Shown here one piece after another: positions 12,358 through 23,332 of a stretch of DNA of 64,000 nt. The DNA is taken from positions 32,550,001-32,614,000 of the forward strand of contig CAIIXF020000001.1 in assembly GCA_903813345.2 (NCBI GenBank). Reading direction: 5' to 3'. Within the stretch, counting starts at the first letter, position 1. Each line of letters starts with the position of its first letter. The notes below the pieces were generated by a model. That model saw only the letters and a list, made by a program, of their open reading frames with translations. It ran no database searches and was not told the DNA's origin. Source of the DNA: Owenia fusiformis (taxonomy: Eukaryota). The position numbers and the translations under genes were made by a program.

Positions 12358-15300
12358 CTACTTAACAATTGGGATTTCATTGTTTCTGATAAATAACTTG
12401 GAGAATTCATTCAAGTTCTCCCAGGGCTCAAATGTGTTTGCCGAGGAATCATATCCCTCCCATTTGCACAAATATTCCCATTGTCCACGTTTCTTCCTTT
12501 TCCCTAAAATTTCCTCAACTTGGAAATATTCTTCTTCATCTGATTCATTTTCATTATCCACATTTGTGGAAGCATTGTCTGTATTGGGATGACTTTCATC
12601 CTCAGTGTCATGGGTTGGTGTTACTGGGGTAACTTCTCTATCTGCATTATTTTCTTCCTGCTCCCTTTCTTCACCACTATTCTCCTTATTTTTGAACCAT
12701 GTTGGTTTTTCATCCCCTTTGTAGGGTTTTAAACGGTCTATATGCACTACTGTTGGTTTGCTTCTTCTTGATCTCTGTATTCTGTATGTTATATCACTGA
12801 TCCTTTTGGTAATTATATATGGGCCCTGATAAGGTCTTTGTAATTTAGGTGAAATACCTGGTTTTCTCAAGGGGCAGTGAAGCCATACAGCATCTCCTTC
12901 ATGCATCGTGGTAGGAGCTGCTTTTACATCATAGTTTTTCTTTTGTCTCATACTATTTCTCTTAAGTGTTTCCCTGGCAAATGCATGTGTTGTTTCCATT
13001 CTCTCTTTCAAAGAGGCAACATAATCTGTTTCTGAATCCTTCTCATCTTGTGGTGGTCCAAACACCATATCCACAGGAAGATTAAGCTGTCTTCCTAACA
13101 TCAACTCGCATGGAGTAAATTGAGATGATTCGTGTACTGATGTCCTGTAAGCCAACATTAGGAATGGAAGATACTCATCCCAATCTTTTTGATGTTTGTC
13201 CACAAACATACTCAGCATGCTTTCCAATGTTCTATTGAACCGTTCTACCATTCCATCAGAACAAGGTCTGAGGGGAGTTGTTCTCGTCTTGGTAATTCCA
13301 AATGAATTACAGACTTCTTGGAATATTTTACTCTCATAGTTCCTCCCTTGATCACTGTGCATAGATAATGGACATCCCCATCTACATATGAACTCTTTGC
13401 TAACAATGTCAGCTATGGTTTCAGTCTCTTGGTTAGGAATGGCGTATGCCTCCGTCCATTTGGTGAAATAGTCAGCTACTATGATTATGTATTTGTTTCC
13501 TTTGTTTGTTGTTGGTAATGGTCCTAAAATGTCTGTTGCTATTCGTTCCATTGGAACCCCTACCTGATACAGTTTCATTGGAGCCTTTTTCTTTTTGAAA
13601 TTCGGCTTTCTAGAGGCACAAGAATCACATTTGTTGCACCAATCCCGAACGTCTGTCCTGATACTATACCAGAAATATCTAGATCTCACTTTTTCAATAG
13701 TCTTGTGTATACCTAAATGGCCTGCTGTAGCAGTGTTATGCAATTGACTCATCACATCTTTCCTTAACTGTTTTGGAACTACCAACTGCCACCTGATGTT
13801 ATCTCCTGTGTCTGATTCCCACTTCCTGTATAGAATCCCTTCTTTTACCTTAAGCCGATCCCAATCAGATAGTAAATGTTTAAGTGGCCTTCCTTGATTA
13901 GAAATATCTTTCCAGGTAATTTTCCTGCCTGATTCAACCGATTTAAATACCATTGCAATTTCAGGATCTCTCATTTGTAACGCTCGTATTTCCTCAGAAC
14001 TCCAGGCTCCTAGAGCACTTTGTTTTTCATTCTCTGACTGTACTCCATGTATCGCATTTACAGTATTGTCTTCTTCATTTTTCATTCCACATTGTGGGCA
14101 TTGCATTCTTGATAAACCATCTGCATTTGCATGAGAAGCTCCAGGGCGATGATGTATTTCCATATCATAGGAACTAAGCATTTCAAGCCAACGTGCTATT
14201 TGACCATCTGGTTCCTTGAAATTAAACAACCATTTCAATGCCCTGTGGTCTGTCCGAATGATAAACTTTTGTCCGTATAAATATGGTCTAAATCTTTTCA
14301 CGAAAGTTACTATTGCCAGTAGTTCTTTCCTGGTTACACAATAGTTCCTTTCAGATTTATTCATTGTTTTGCTTCCAAAGGAAATTGGCCTTTCTACTCC
14401 ATCTACAATTTGTGAAAGTACACCACCTAATCCAAACTTTGATGCATCGCAATCCAGAACATAGGTTCCAGTCTCACTAGGATAGGCTAAAATTGGTGCG
14501 GAAACAATTGCATTTTTTAATGTCTGAAATGCTTCTTGGCATTCTGAAGTCCAAGTAAACCCTTTCTGCTTTTCACACAGTTGATGCAATGGACGGGCTA
14601 TATTGGAAAATCCTTTAACAAATTTCCTATAGTAGCCAACGAATCCTACAAATGCTCTGACTTCCTTCTGACAAACAGGCGTTTTCCAGTTAACAATCTG
14701 CTCAACTTTCTCACTGTCAGTTTCTACACCTTCCCGTGACACTTTATGACCAAGAAAAATTACAGAAGATTTGAATAGTGAGCACTTCTTGGGTTTCATT
14801 TTTAAACCAGATTTTCTTATTCTGTCAAACACTTCTTTTATCTTCACCAAAGTGTCTTCGAAGCTTTTTCCCCATGTTAAAATGTCATCGATGTAAAGAA
14901 GACAGGATTTCCATTGTAGGCCTTTCAGCACTGTTTCCATCAATCTTTGAAATGTTCCAGGTGCCCCTGTTAAGCCAAAAGGCATCACATTAAATTGATA
15001 GAGCCCATCTCTCACTACAAAGCTGGTTTTCTCTTTAGACTCCTTGTCTAACGCCACCTGCCAATAACCGGAAGCCATGTCAACTGAACAAAACCATTTT
15101 GCTCCAGATAGACTGTCTAAACATGTATCCAGTCTTGGTATGGGATAAGCGTCCTTCTTTGTGACGTCATTCAATTTCCTATAATCGATGCAGAAACGTA
15201 TTGTTTTATCCTTTTTGGTTACTAACACAATTGGTGAACTCCATGGTGCATTTGATGGCTCAATGATTCCTTTGTCTAACATTTTGTTCACTTCTTCTGT

Positions 15301-17427
15301 CACCATTTCTTGTTTAGCAAGGGGCTGTCTCCTGGGATGTTGTTTGATTGGGCGGGCATTGCCAGTATCTATGTGATGTTCTACTACATCTGTCCGTCCT
15401 AGATCATCTGAGTTCTTTGCGAAAATATCCCTATATTCTATAAGTAATTTTCGCACTGCTAATGACTGACTGTCATTTAGATCAGTACATGATCTTTTAT
15501 AAAGATTTTCCAAATATTCTGGTAAATGTTCCTGTTTTTGCTCATCAGATGATGTGACATTGAAAATACCTGCATTTTCCTCATTGGCCAGTTCCTTTAT
15601 ATTCGTGACTAGGTCTATCTCACCCACTTTTGTGTTTTTGTAAATGGTTATTGGTTGATCACTTGGATTCATAATTCTAATAGGAATCATGTTCTGTGCA
15701 TTGTCTGTAATGTCAATCAAAGAACGCCCAATAACTAAGTCATGTTTGGTGCTGAATGATTGCGTCTGTTCTATAACACCTACTTTTCCTTTACTCAATC
15801 CACTGATACGATTAACTCTTCCTTTTACTATCATTTCGCACATAGCTGGTATTTGTACGGTTTGATTTATCAGTGCTTTCATAACTGGTTGGGAATCGTG
15901 TGTCATACATCCAATTATGTTTCCATGGATATTCAGTGTTCCATTGCCAAGATCCAACACCCCTTTGTTGGCTACCAGAAAATCCATTCCAATAATGGCG
16001 TCTGTGTTTATATCTGCAATCCATACTTTTAACGGATAGCAAGTTCCACCAAAGTTCAAAATAATGTGGCTATAGCCAACTAGTGGAAGTGGACTTCCGT
16101 CAGCATTTTTAAAACTATTGTATGGCGGTACAATGATGTCATTTTCTTTTCCTACACGGTGAAATACTTGGCTTGAAATAATTGAAATGCAGGAACCACT
16201 ATCTATCAGAAAATTTACTGAATTTTCCTGAATATTTCCATTCACAAACAGTCCATTTTCCATGATATTATTCACTAATTCAGTATTTTGCAATCTATCT
16301 ATGGCCGATAATGCATTTTTTATTTCTTTAGATTGAATGTCATTGCTTTCTGGGCTACTTGATTGTGACATATTATCTTCCTGTTCTTGGAACTGCTGTG
16401 GTTTTTGGTTCCGCCAGTGTTTATTTCTTTTTCCTGGCCTACGTGGTGTTCCATATTTTTCATAATTTCTCCTCCTCCTTGATGTATTCTTATTTTGAAC
16501 ACCTGTATTTACATTTGAGGAGTTAAGATGAACTCTACAAAACTGCATAACATGCCCGTCACAGAAGCATCGAGTGCAATATAACGTTGTTGGACATTCA
16601 TTTGACTTGTGATTATCACCACAATTGAAACAAGTTATTTCATTGCTATGAGTTACTTTCTCAATATGTCTGGTAGAACTATCATTTTCAACATTTTCCA
16701 CGTTTCTACATTGCATTGCGTCTAATTTCATTTCCAATCTTACAATCATATTTTGTTGTTCCTGCAATAATTCTAACATGGCTTCGAGATCCGCTTTATC
16801 ACTTTGAATTGTTCCAACTAACTTTGGACGTTGGCTTTCAAATGTTATGTGTGATTGGCTAAAATGAGAATCTAGGGCTTGATGAGATTCCCACTCTAAT
16901 CCTGCTGATATAGCTTGGTCTAATGTTTTTGCTTTTGCGAATCTGATAAACGTTCTCATCTCAGGCTGATTCGAAATAGCAGTCATAAAATGATCAAAGG
17001 CTAATTCATCTCTCAAAGCATAATCTAAATTAGGATACGCTAATGATGATTGCCTACGTAAAAACTGACCAAGTTCCATTAATGTCTCAGACGGCCCTCT
17101 CCTTTTGGCGTCAAGTTCAACCAAATTTAATGGTCTCTGACTAGGAGAGAATCTAACTTTCAGTGTATTTGTCAATACAGCATAATCGTATTTGCTTTCA
17201 TTTGGTATATCAGTGAACACTTGTCTAGCGACACCTGTAAGATTCACTGCTAACATGTGTGCTTTTTGCACATCACTCCATTTATTGATATTTGTACACA
17301 CTTCAAAATGTGACAGATAATCCTGCCAGGCTATTTCGCCACTATATTTGTCTGGCTTTGCTTTGTAATTCTGTGCTGGGAATAACGTGTCTACCGATTC
17401 ACTTGCCATTTCTCTATGGCTTTCCAT
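12358..17427 (-). CDS. Gag-Pol polyprotein (Gag, two Cys/His knuckles, aspartic protease, RT, RNase H, integrase, GPY/F, chromodomain)
   Basis: ORF track 1707 aa from TTG 17481; first ATG at 17427. Motifs: CFNCGDNHKSNEC and CTRCFCDGHVMQFC, FLIDSG, LYIDD, LDCDAS..ELLAIV..TDH, H..GHLG..CNKCDSC, DILGP/DQG/ERFNRT, YQGPY, C-terminal YFQVEEIL..EYLCKWEGY..NTFEPWENL. Confidence 0.97.
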   Translation of the reverse strand: MESHREMASESVDTLFPAQNYKAKPDKYSGEIAWQDYLSHFEVCTNINKWSDVQKAHMLAVNLTGVARQVFTDIPNESKYDYAVLTNTLKVRFSPSQRPLNLVELDAKRRGPSETLMELGQFLRRQSSLAYPNLDYALRDELAFDHFMTAISNQPEMRTFIRFAKAKTLDQAISAGLEWESHQALDSHFSQSHITFESQRPKLVGTIQSDKADLEAMLELLQEQQNMIVRLEMKLDAMQCRNVENVENDSSTRHIEKVTHSNEITCFNCGDNHKSNECPTTLYCTRCFCDGHVMQFCRVHLNSSNVNTGVQNKNTSRRRRNYEKYGTPRRPGKRNKHWRNQKPQQFQEQEDNMSQSSSPESNDIQSKEIKNALSAIDRLQNTELVNNIMENGLFVNGNIQENSVNFLIDSGSCISIISSQVFHRVGKENDIIVPPYNSFKNADGSPLPLVGYSHIILNFGGTCYPLKVWIADINTDAIIGMDFLVANKGVLDLGNGTLNIHGNIIGCMTHDSQPVMKALINQTVQIPAMCEMIVKGRVNRISGLSKGKVGVIEQTQSFSTKHDLVIGRSLIDITDNAQNMIPIRIMNPSDQPITIYKNTKVGEIDLVTNIKELANEENAGIFNVTSSDEQKQEHLPEYLENLYKRSCTDLNDSQSLAVRKLLIEYRDIFAKNSDDLGRTDVVEHHIDTGNARPIKQHPRRQPLAKQEMVTEEVNKMLDKGIIEPSNAPWSSPIVLVTKKDKTIRFCIDYRKLNDVTKKDAYPIPRLDTCLDSLSGAKWFCSVDMASGYWQVALDKESKEKTSFVVRDGLYQFNVMPFGLTGAPGTFQRLMETVLKGLQWKSCLLYIDDILTWGKSFEDTLVKIKEVFDRIRKSGLKMKPKKCSLFKSSVIFLGHKVSREGVETDSEKVEQIVNWKTPVCQKEVRAFVGFVGYYRKFVKGFSNIARPLHQLCEKQKGFTWTSECQEAFQTLKNAIVSAPILAYPSETGTYVLDCDASKFGLGGVLSQIVDGVERPISFGSKTMNKSERNYCVTRKELLAIVTFVKRFRPYLYGQKFIIRTDHRALKWLFNFKEPDGQIARWLEMLSSYDMEIHHRPGASHANADGLSRMQCPQCGMKNEEDNTVNAIHGVQSENEKQSALGAWSSEEIRALQMRDPEIAMVFKSVESGRKITWKDISNQGRPLKHLLSDWDRLKVKEGILYRKWESDTGDNIRWQLVVPKQLRKDVMSQLHNTATAGHLGIHKTIEKVRSRYFWYSIRTDVRDWCNKCDSCASRKPNFKKKKAPMKLYQVGVPMERIATDILGPLPTTNKGNKYIIIVADYFTKWTEAYAIPNQETETIADIVSKEFICRWGCPLSMHSDQGRNYESKIFQEVCNSFGITKTRTTPLRPCSDGMVERFNRTLESMLSMFVDKHQKDWDEYLPFLMLAYRTSVHESSQFTPCELMLGRQLNLPVDMVFGPPQDEKDSETDYVASLKERMETTHAFARETLKRNSMRQKKNYDVKAAPTTMHEGDAVWLHCPLRKPGISPKLQRPYQGPYIITKRISDITYRIQRSRRSKPTVVHIDRLKPYKGDEKPTWFKNKENSGEEREQEENNADREVTPVTPTHDTEDESHPNTDNASTNVDNENESDEEEYFQVEEILGKRKKRGQWEYLCKWEGYDSSANTFEPWENLNEFSKLFIRNNEIPIVK

Positions 17428-19709
17428 TGCTATATGTTTTTGTATCGTATTTATTCTCTGTTTGCTATTCTGTAATCTCAAGAGTGCAACGTACTATCCC
17501 AGTTCCTACATGCAATTCAATTCATTGAAAATTCAAATTCACAACGATTTCACATTTAAAAAGTATTTCTAAAACATATACATGTTACCAATCTACATTG
17601 GCGAGACTTGCTAATGGCGTCTCTGTGTACGTTTTCAATTACAGATCTGGGTGATAAAAATCAAGATTTCGTCTATGTGTATGTACCGTATTTACATTGT
17701 ATATATTCTCACAAATGGTTACTCGTACTATGTACAATATCCAATATTCCAGTATACTAAACAACATAAAAATTATATCGCAGGTTATAGGATGAACGTA
17801 CTATTTAGTTTCCCGTTCACAATCTAGTTTATCAAATCACTGTATCAATTTTCCAATGATCCACACTAGTGAAAACAAACTTTTCCTACTAAGTATATCT
17901 CCAGTAGGTATCTTTCCACCAAACGTTTCATCAACCTATACAATTACCAATAAGGAATAGTTCAATATTCATTCATATGTGTTTCAATGCTTGATTACTG
18001 GGTGCGATAAAAAAATGATACACACTAGTGATATTGCTGTTGGTTCACTTCCTGTGTTTATCCTACACACTAGTGTTAACTATTCTATGCGAATGTAGCG
18101 TCGAGATTACAATGTATTTCAATAGTGGCGTTGTTAGTCTGACTTTGGTGAAAATAAACGATAATATTATCCAAATTGGAAAATTCAGACATAAAACCAC
18201 ATATTCCCAACGCTACGCACTGGTGGGGCAAGATTGGTAAGACTGATTGTATTACAGTAAACAAACAATCACATGTAATTTTCACAGGAACTGGGTCTTT
18301 ATGACGCCAAGTTCCAACAATAATTTGCAATTTTCCCACACTGGTGAATAAAATTCCACTATCGACCTAGGTTTTTCCAACACTGGTAAGATATCTAACT
18401 ACCGGTTGTATGCAAGCATTTATTACTGTTCCAAAATCAATTTACATACAAACTCCTAACTACAGTACATGCAGATATCATTATCTTACATTTTGTTACA
18501 CATGCGTTGCAGTTCCATACCGGTGAGAGTTATTTCAAACAAGATCTTACGTATATCAGAAGATTTATAACTTCCTAAAACTGCATCATTTAAAATCTAA
18601 TTTGCATTCGCATACCCTACCACTGATTACAGTAAATGGCAATAAAATTTATGTCTAAATCAAGTGGCACAAATTATATGCGAGATCATGTGACAATGAA
18701 ATTAATGTCTCATCTCGTTCCGTGATTATGTGGGGTGTACGTAAACATAAGCCTGTTAAACAAGATAAAAACTCAGATGTGGCGTGATATGAATCCTTTG
18801 CATGTAAAATACGACAATCAACGTACAATGTTGTTGGTACATTCACTCAAAAGCTAAATGTTTAGTCAAAAATCATTCTAATGTGACAAAGAAACGATAT
18901 GATTTTTAAATACTGCAATCAATCTAGTTCAACTGTACTGATACGTCAAATTCAAGATGAATTTTGTGTATGAATTTGCAGTCCCCCTAGGCTTGTATCA
19001 TACAATCATCGCTTTAAATACATTTGTCACATTCGAATTTTTCTAATTTGTTGTAGAAAAGCTCAATATAGTTCAAACCTGTTGAGTTTCCTGAACGCTT
19101 TCAATGAAGCATGTAATTGCTAATTCAGTACATATAGGTAAGGTAACCGTTTACTTTCGGTGTTTAGATAAAAAAATTTCCTTCCCGATGCCTTGTTATA
19201 CAAACTCAAGCAATAATGTCAAAATGTGAACTATCGTTGTATGACTGAAATGTGTACGTCTAATCCTGAGTAACGTAACAATATTTACAGTCTGATGTGC
19301 AAACGCCTGATCCTGAGTAGCGTTGCAATTATCCTGAGATCAAAATTTTGACAAATTGCGAGTGTAAGTAAAGTAAAGGCTGATTGAGTTCTCTATGACT
19401 TTATACACCAAAAACATTTAGTTACCTCACTTCAGTACTAATCGCTTTGAATATGAAAAATGAGCCTGAGGCATCAATTGCCTTGCAAAAATTCGTTTTC
19501 AAATGTGACGTTGTATACGTGCGATTGATTGGAGCCTTTGATAAAAAATACCTAGATAAAATATTCAATTGACAATGTTACGTGTGATTTTAAATTATCC
19601 TTTACCCTTCTTACCAAAGTACCGTACCTTTTGCTAGCAATACCTTCTCCCCTTTCACCAGGCTGGAGACGCCGGTTCACAGCTGTTGTCAATTGCTGTA
19701 GGTCAGTTT

Positions 19710-19720
19710 CGCTGCCACCA
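19710..19720 (-). promoter_or_regulatory. Primer-binding site, complementary to the 3' end of tRNA-Leu
   Basis: Minus strand TGGTGGCAGCG one base after the 5' LTR; matches the ...CGCUGCCACCA 3' end of eukaryotic tRNA-Leu (11 nt only). Confidence 0.8.
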
Positions 19721-19721
19721 A

Positions 19722-20457
19722 TGTAATGCGACCTTGATAGGGGGTATAGATGGTACTGAAAATATAGCTAAGCAAAAAGAACAAAGGACAGAGGGTATTT
19801 AGTAAGGATAACAATCGGATAAAATCAACACGGTTTACAACATCAAATATTTATTTACAACATATAACAATACATTCATGCAGTAATATAAAACAAGCTA
19901 CAGACAATGCAGACAATAAGAGATAAAATGGAAATGCTCATAACGAGATCCAACCCCGGAGCGCCAGAGGGCCATGCCACGCCCTAACTTCCGTTATCGT
20001 AATACATCTAACATCAAGTATTTGATCTCAAACTACCAGAAGTGATAAAGTCAAAGGCGTACCTCGTTGTACTATACCTAATGTACTTCCGTATATCAAA
20101 CCTAGTACCAATATCCAATACTCAAGTCAAAGCATGGTCCAAAATCCAAACATCAAACAAGAAGCCACAATCACATAGTCTTCATCGTATCCTGCCCTCT
20201 GGTCAACTGACGAACTCAACCTTGTACAACTCACATATAAAATTCAGCTGTACCAAAACCCGTTTAACCAATCAGAACTCGTTATTTCAAATATCGTCAT
20301 ACGACAGACTATAGTGTACTAGTTTTCAGCGACAGATATCAATCTAAATTCTATTCCTTGTTTCAATAACAGGTTTATATAATGCTGTTCTATTTTCACG
20401 ACGTTAGCATTGTTTGGAAGTTAAAAACATGAAAAGCCTTATCAAGCAACCGTTACA
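19722..20457 (-). repeat. 5' LTR (736 bp)
   Basis: Direct repeat of 10249-10984, followed on the minus strand by the PBS. Confidence 0.97.
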
Positions 20458-20730
20458 TATTGTTGACAATAAATAGAAAGATTCGTCATACTGTACTAGA
20501 TAACATTGAACCTAATGAATGTTGACTTTTTCGATTCCAATATCATTCAGGGAATATTAACAAGCTTAGTGCTATTGAACGCATATCAATTTTTAAGTGT
20601 TGTATTGTTGTAGGGGTGACAATCCATACTAGTATTACCGACTGTCACATACAGAAGTTACCCTTGCAAAGGGTTCCATTGAAAATATAATATTTTGGGC
20701 TATTTCATATCTTTTAAGTGATATTGTTTA

Positions 20731-21583
20731 AAACAATGCAGTGCAATATAATGCAACACAATGCAGTGCAATATGATGCAATACAATGCGGTGCAATATG
20801 ATGCAATACAATGCGGTGCAAGATGATGCAATACAATGCAGAGCAATATGATGCAATACAATGCAGTGCAATATGATGCAATACAATGTAATGCAATATG
20901 ATGCAATACAAAGCAGTACAATATGATGCAATACAATACAATGCAATATGATACAATACAATGTAGTGTAATATAATACAATTCAATGCACAATGTAGTG
21001 AAGTGCAATACAATGCAGCGCAATATAATACAATGCAGTGCATTACATTGCAGCGATTTGCAGTTCAATACAATGTAGTGCAATACAATTCAATGCAGTG
21101 TAATAAAATTTAGTGCAATACAATGTGGTGCAGTGCAATACAATACAATACAGTGTAATTCAATACAATGCAATACAATACAAAGTAGTGCAATACAATA
21201 CAATACAGCGCACTGCAGTACAATACAAGGCAGTGCAATACAATGTGGTGCAGTGTAATACAATACAATGCAGTGCAATGCAATACATTGCAGTGCAATG
21301 CAATACAATGTAGTACAATACAATACAATGTAGTGTAATAAAATGCAGTGCAATACAACGTGGTGCAGTACAATACAATACAATGCAGTGTAATTCAATA
21401 CAATGCAATCAATACAGTACAATACAATACAATGCAGTGCAATACAATACAATGCAGCGCACTGCAGTACAATGTGGTGCAGTGCAATGTAATAAATTAC
21501 AGTGTAATACAATGTAGTGCAATGCAGTGCAATGTAGCGCAATGCAGTGCAATACAATACAATGCAATACAATACAATAAAAT
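20731..21583. repeat. Compound pentanucleotide microsatellite (CAATA / TGCAG / TGTAG / TGATG units)
   Basis: Visible 5-bp periodic array; resumes at 24732 after the Helentron-like insertion. Confidence 0.95.
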
Positions 21584-21676
21584 ACAAGGCATTAACATGA
21601 CAAAATGTCACCACCTAAAACAATTTGGTCAATTTGAAGCAAGTAGAAAAATAACTCTTTGACTTTTATTGACATT

Positions 21677-23332
21677 GGTACCTGTTACACTGCTGGGTTG
21701 AGTCTAACGAAGCATTTTTGTAACGAAGGTTGACGAAAAAATCGTGTCCACACTGGCTTTATCCAACGAAGCAATTCACTGACGAAGCAATTATTTGGTG
21801 TTACACTGCAGTTAAAATGCTTAGTTGCGCATGCGCATTGCATTATTAGCCCCCTCCCCAACACTGTCTTCCAATTCAGTATAACCAACATGGAGGAACG
21901 CGGACACAAAGTCAACCTTCTTATCTCTACTCTTTTGCAAAGATTTCGATTGTTTCACCAGTCTGGTGTCTTATTGAGAGATATTCTCAAAAAAGCAAAC
22001 CTGAGGCGTTATAATCATAACATAAAGAAATCAAAAAGGAAAATGTACCTCTTTCTCAGTCTTATTTGATCGGTTATGTTATTTATACCATGCGAGATAG
22101 GAGAGTATGGGCAAAAAAGAGAACAAGGGACTTTTTCGATCGACTTGTATTGAGGTGATTAAAAGTATGTACCATGTATTCAGCTACTTTTAAGAGCGGG
22201 ACTACCCCATAACTCTAGAGGTACGTTTTCATGAACTTACACGTAGATGCTGATAGGTTCACGGATCAATCTATGAATTATGGGGTATTTCCTCTCCTTG
22301 CTTGCTTTTTGTCATCTAATCATTTAACCGTGAGTGAGAGGGGTGTACCATAAAACACTCTGACACGGGAATAATAGTTCACGTAGCGAAACAAATGTAT
22401 GTCTCACACTAATTTCAAATAATATAAAATAGGGAAATCTACAAAAACAATTTATAAAAATGTTAAATTGTGATATAAATGAGTAAATCCAAATGTAAAG
22501 TACAAAATACAAGTTTAGCATATAAATGAAAAGTCTGTCCCCTCCTGATATCTAATGGCCCATCTCTCATGTAACTTCTTTTCCATTATGCCATTCCAAA
22601 TTATATCATGGATTTTAAGTACACTTTAATATATTATAAATGTTATAATGTATGAAGCAATTGAGATTTAATTAGCTGGCTTTTATGAAATGATCGCGTC
22701 GTGTTATTTAAATGGAATTTTGGCAAAAGCAAGAAATGGGGAAAACAATATTATACATTCACTCTGCTTTCTGAGCTCAGTCGACGGGGTATCAACAATC
22801 AGAAATGCAAGCTGACAGAGAATTATTTAATCTAGCCTAAATGAAATAGGTATATGCTGAACTAAACTTCCTGGATCGGAGATATGGTGTGTCGTGCTTG
22901 AATAGAGAAAGGGGGGGGGGTTGTTCGTTCATCGTTATCCGAGGAAGGTACATATTGTTCCGTGACTTGAACAGTGCGGTTTTATATTATAGTTCAACTG
23001 GACAAATCCTACGTGTAATTTAGAAAGAAAAAACGGTAATTAGTAGTGAAAGACAGAAATGTCCAAGAGAAGTGTTATTTCTTGAGTAGACCATGTTACC
23101 CTTTCTTCTTTTATTTGGTTAGGAATATTTTCCGTATGTTTCTTTGGAGGCATGATTAGTTTCAATGATCAGAAGACAGGAAGCTGGAGATATACACGCA
23201 CGCGCAAACCCCCAACTAAGCTTTTCTAACGAAGGCAGAGGTGTTTCACTGGCCCAAAATTGCTTCGTTACGAAGCTTTTTGTCAAATTGCTTCGTAACG
23301 AAGCATTTCAACTGGCCTGTGTAACAGGGGTC
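21677..23332. mobile_element. Internally deleted PIF/Harbinger transposon with remnants of transposase (+) and Myb/SANT-like gene (-)
   Basis: TIRs G(GTA/ACC)CCTGTTACAC; ATT duplication restores the satellite unit GACATTGAGAAG; peptides MRDRRVWAKKRTRDFFDRLV (22090-22158,+) and MPPKK..ERVTWSTQEITLLLDI (23153-23040,-). Confidence 0.75.

Larger units (their letters stand above)
10249..20457 (-). mobile_element. Full-length Ty3/Gypsy LTR retrotransposon with chromodomain integrase
   Basis: Two 736-bp LTRs (TGTAA...TTACA), 4-bp TSD TATT (10245-10248, 20458-20461), PBS, PPT and one uninterrupted gag-pol ORF in PR-RT-RH-IN order. Confidence 0.98.

Noticed and set aside
20700..21662. Many overlapping Cys/His/Tyr-rich ORFs (LHCIVLYC...)
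   Set aside because: Translation artefacts of a pentanucleotide microsatellite.
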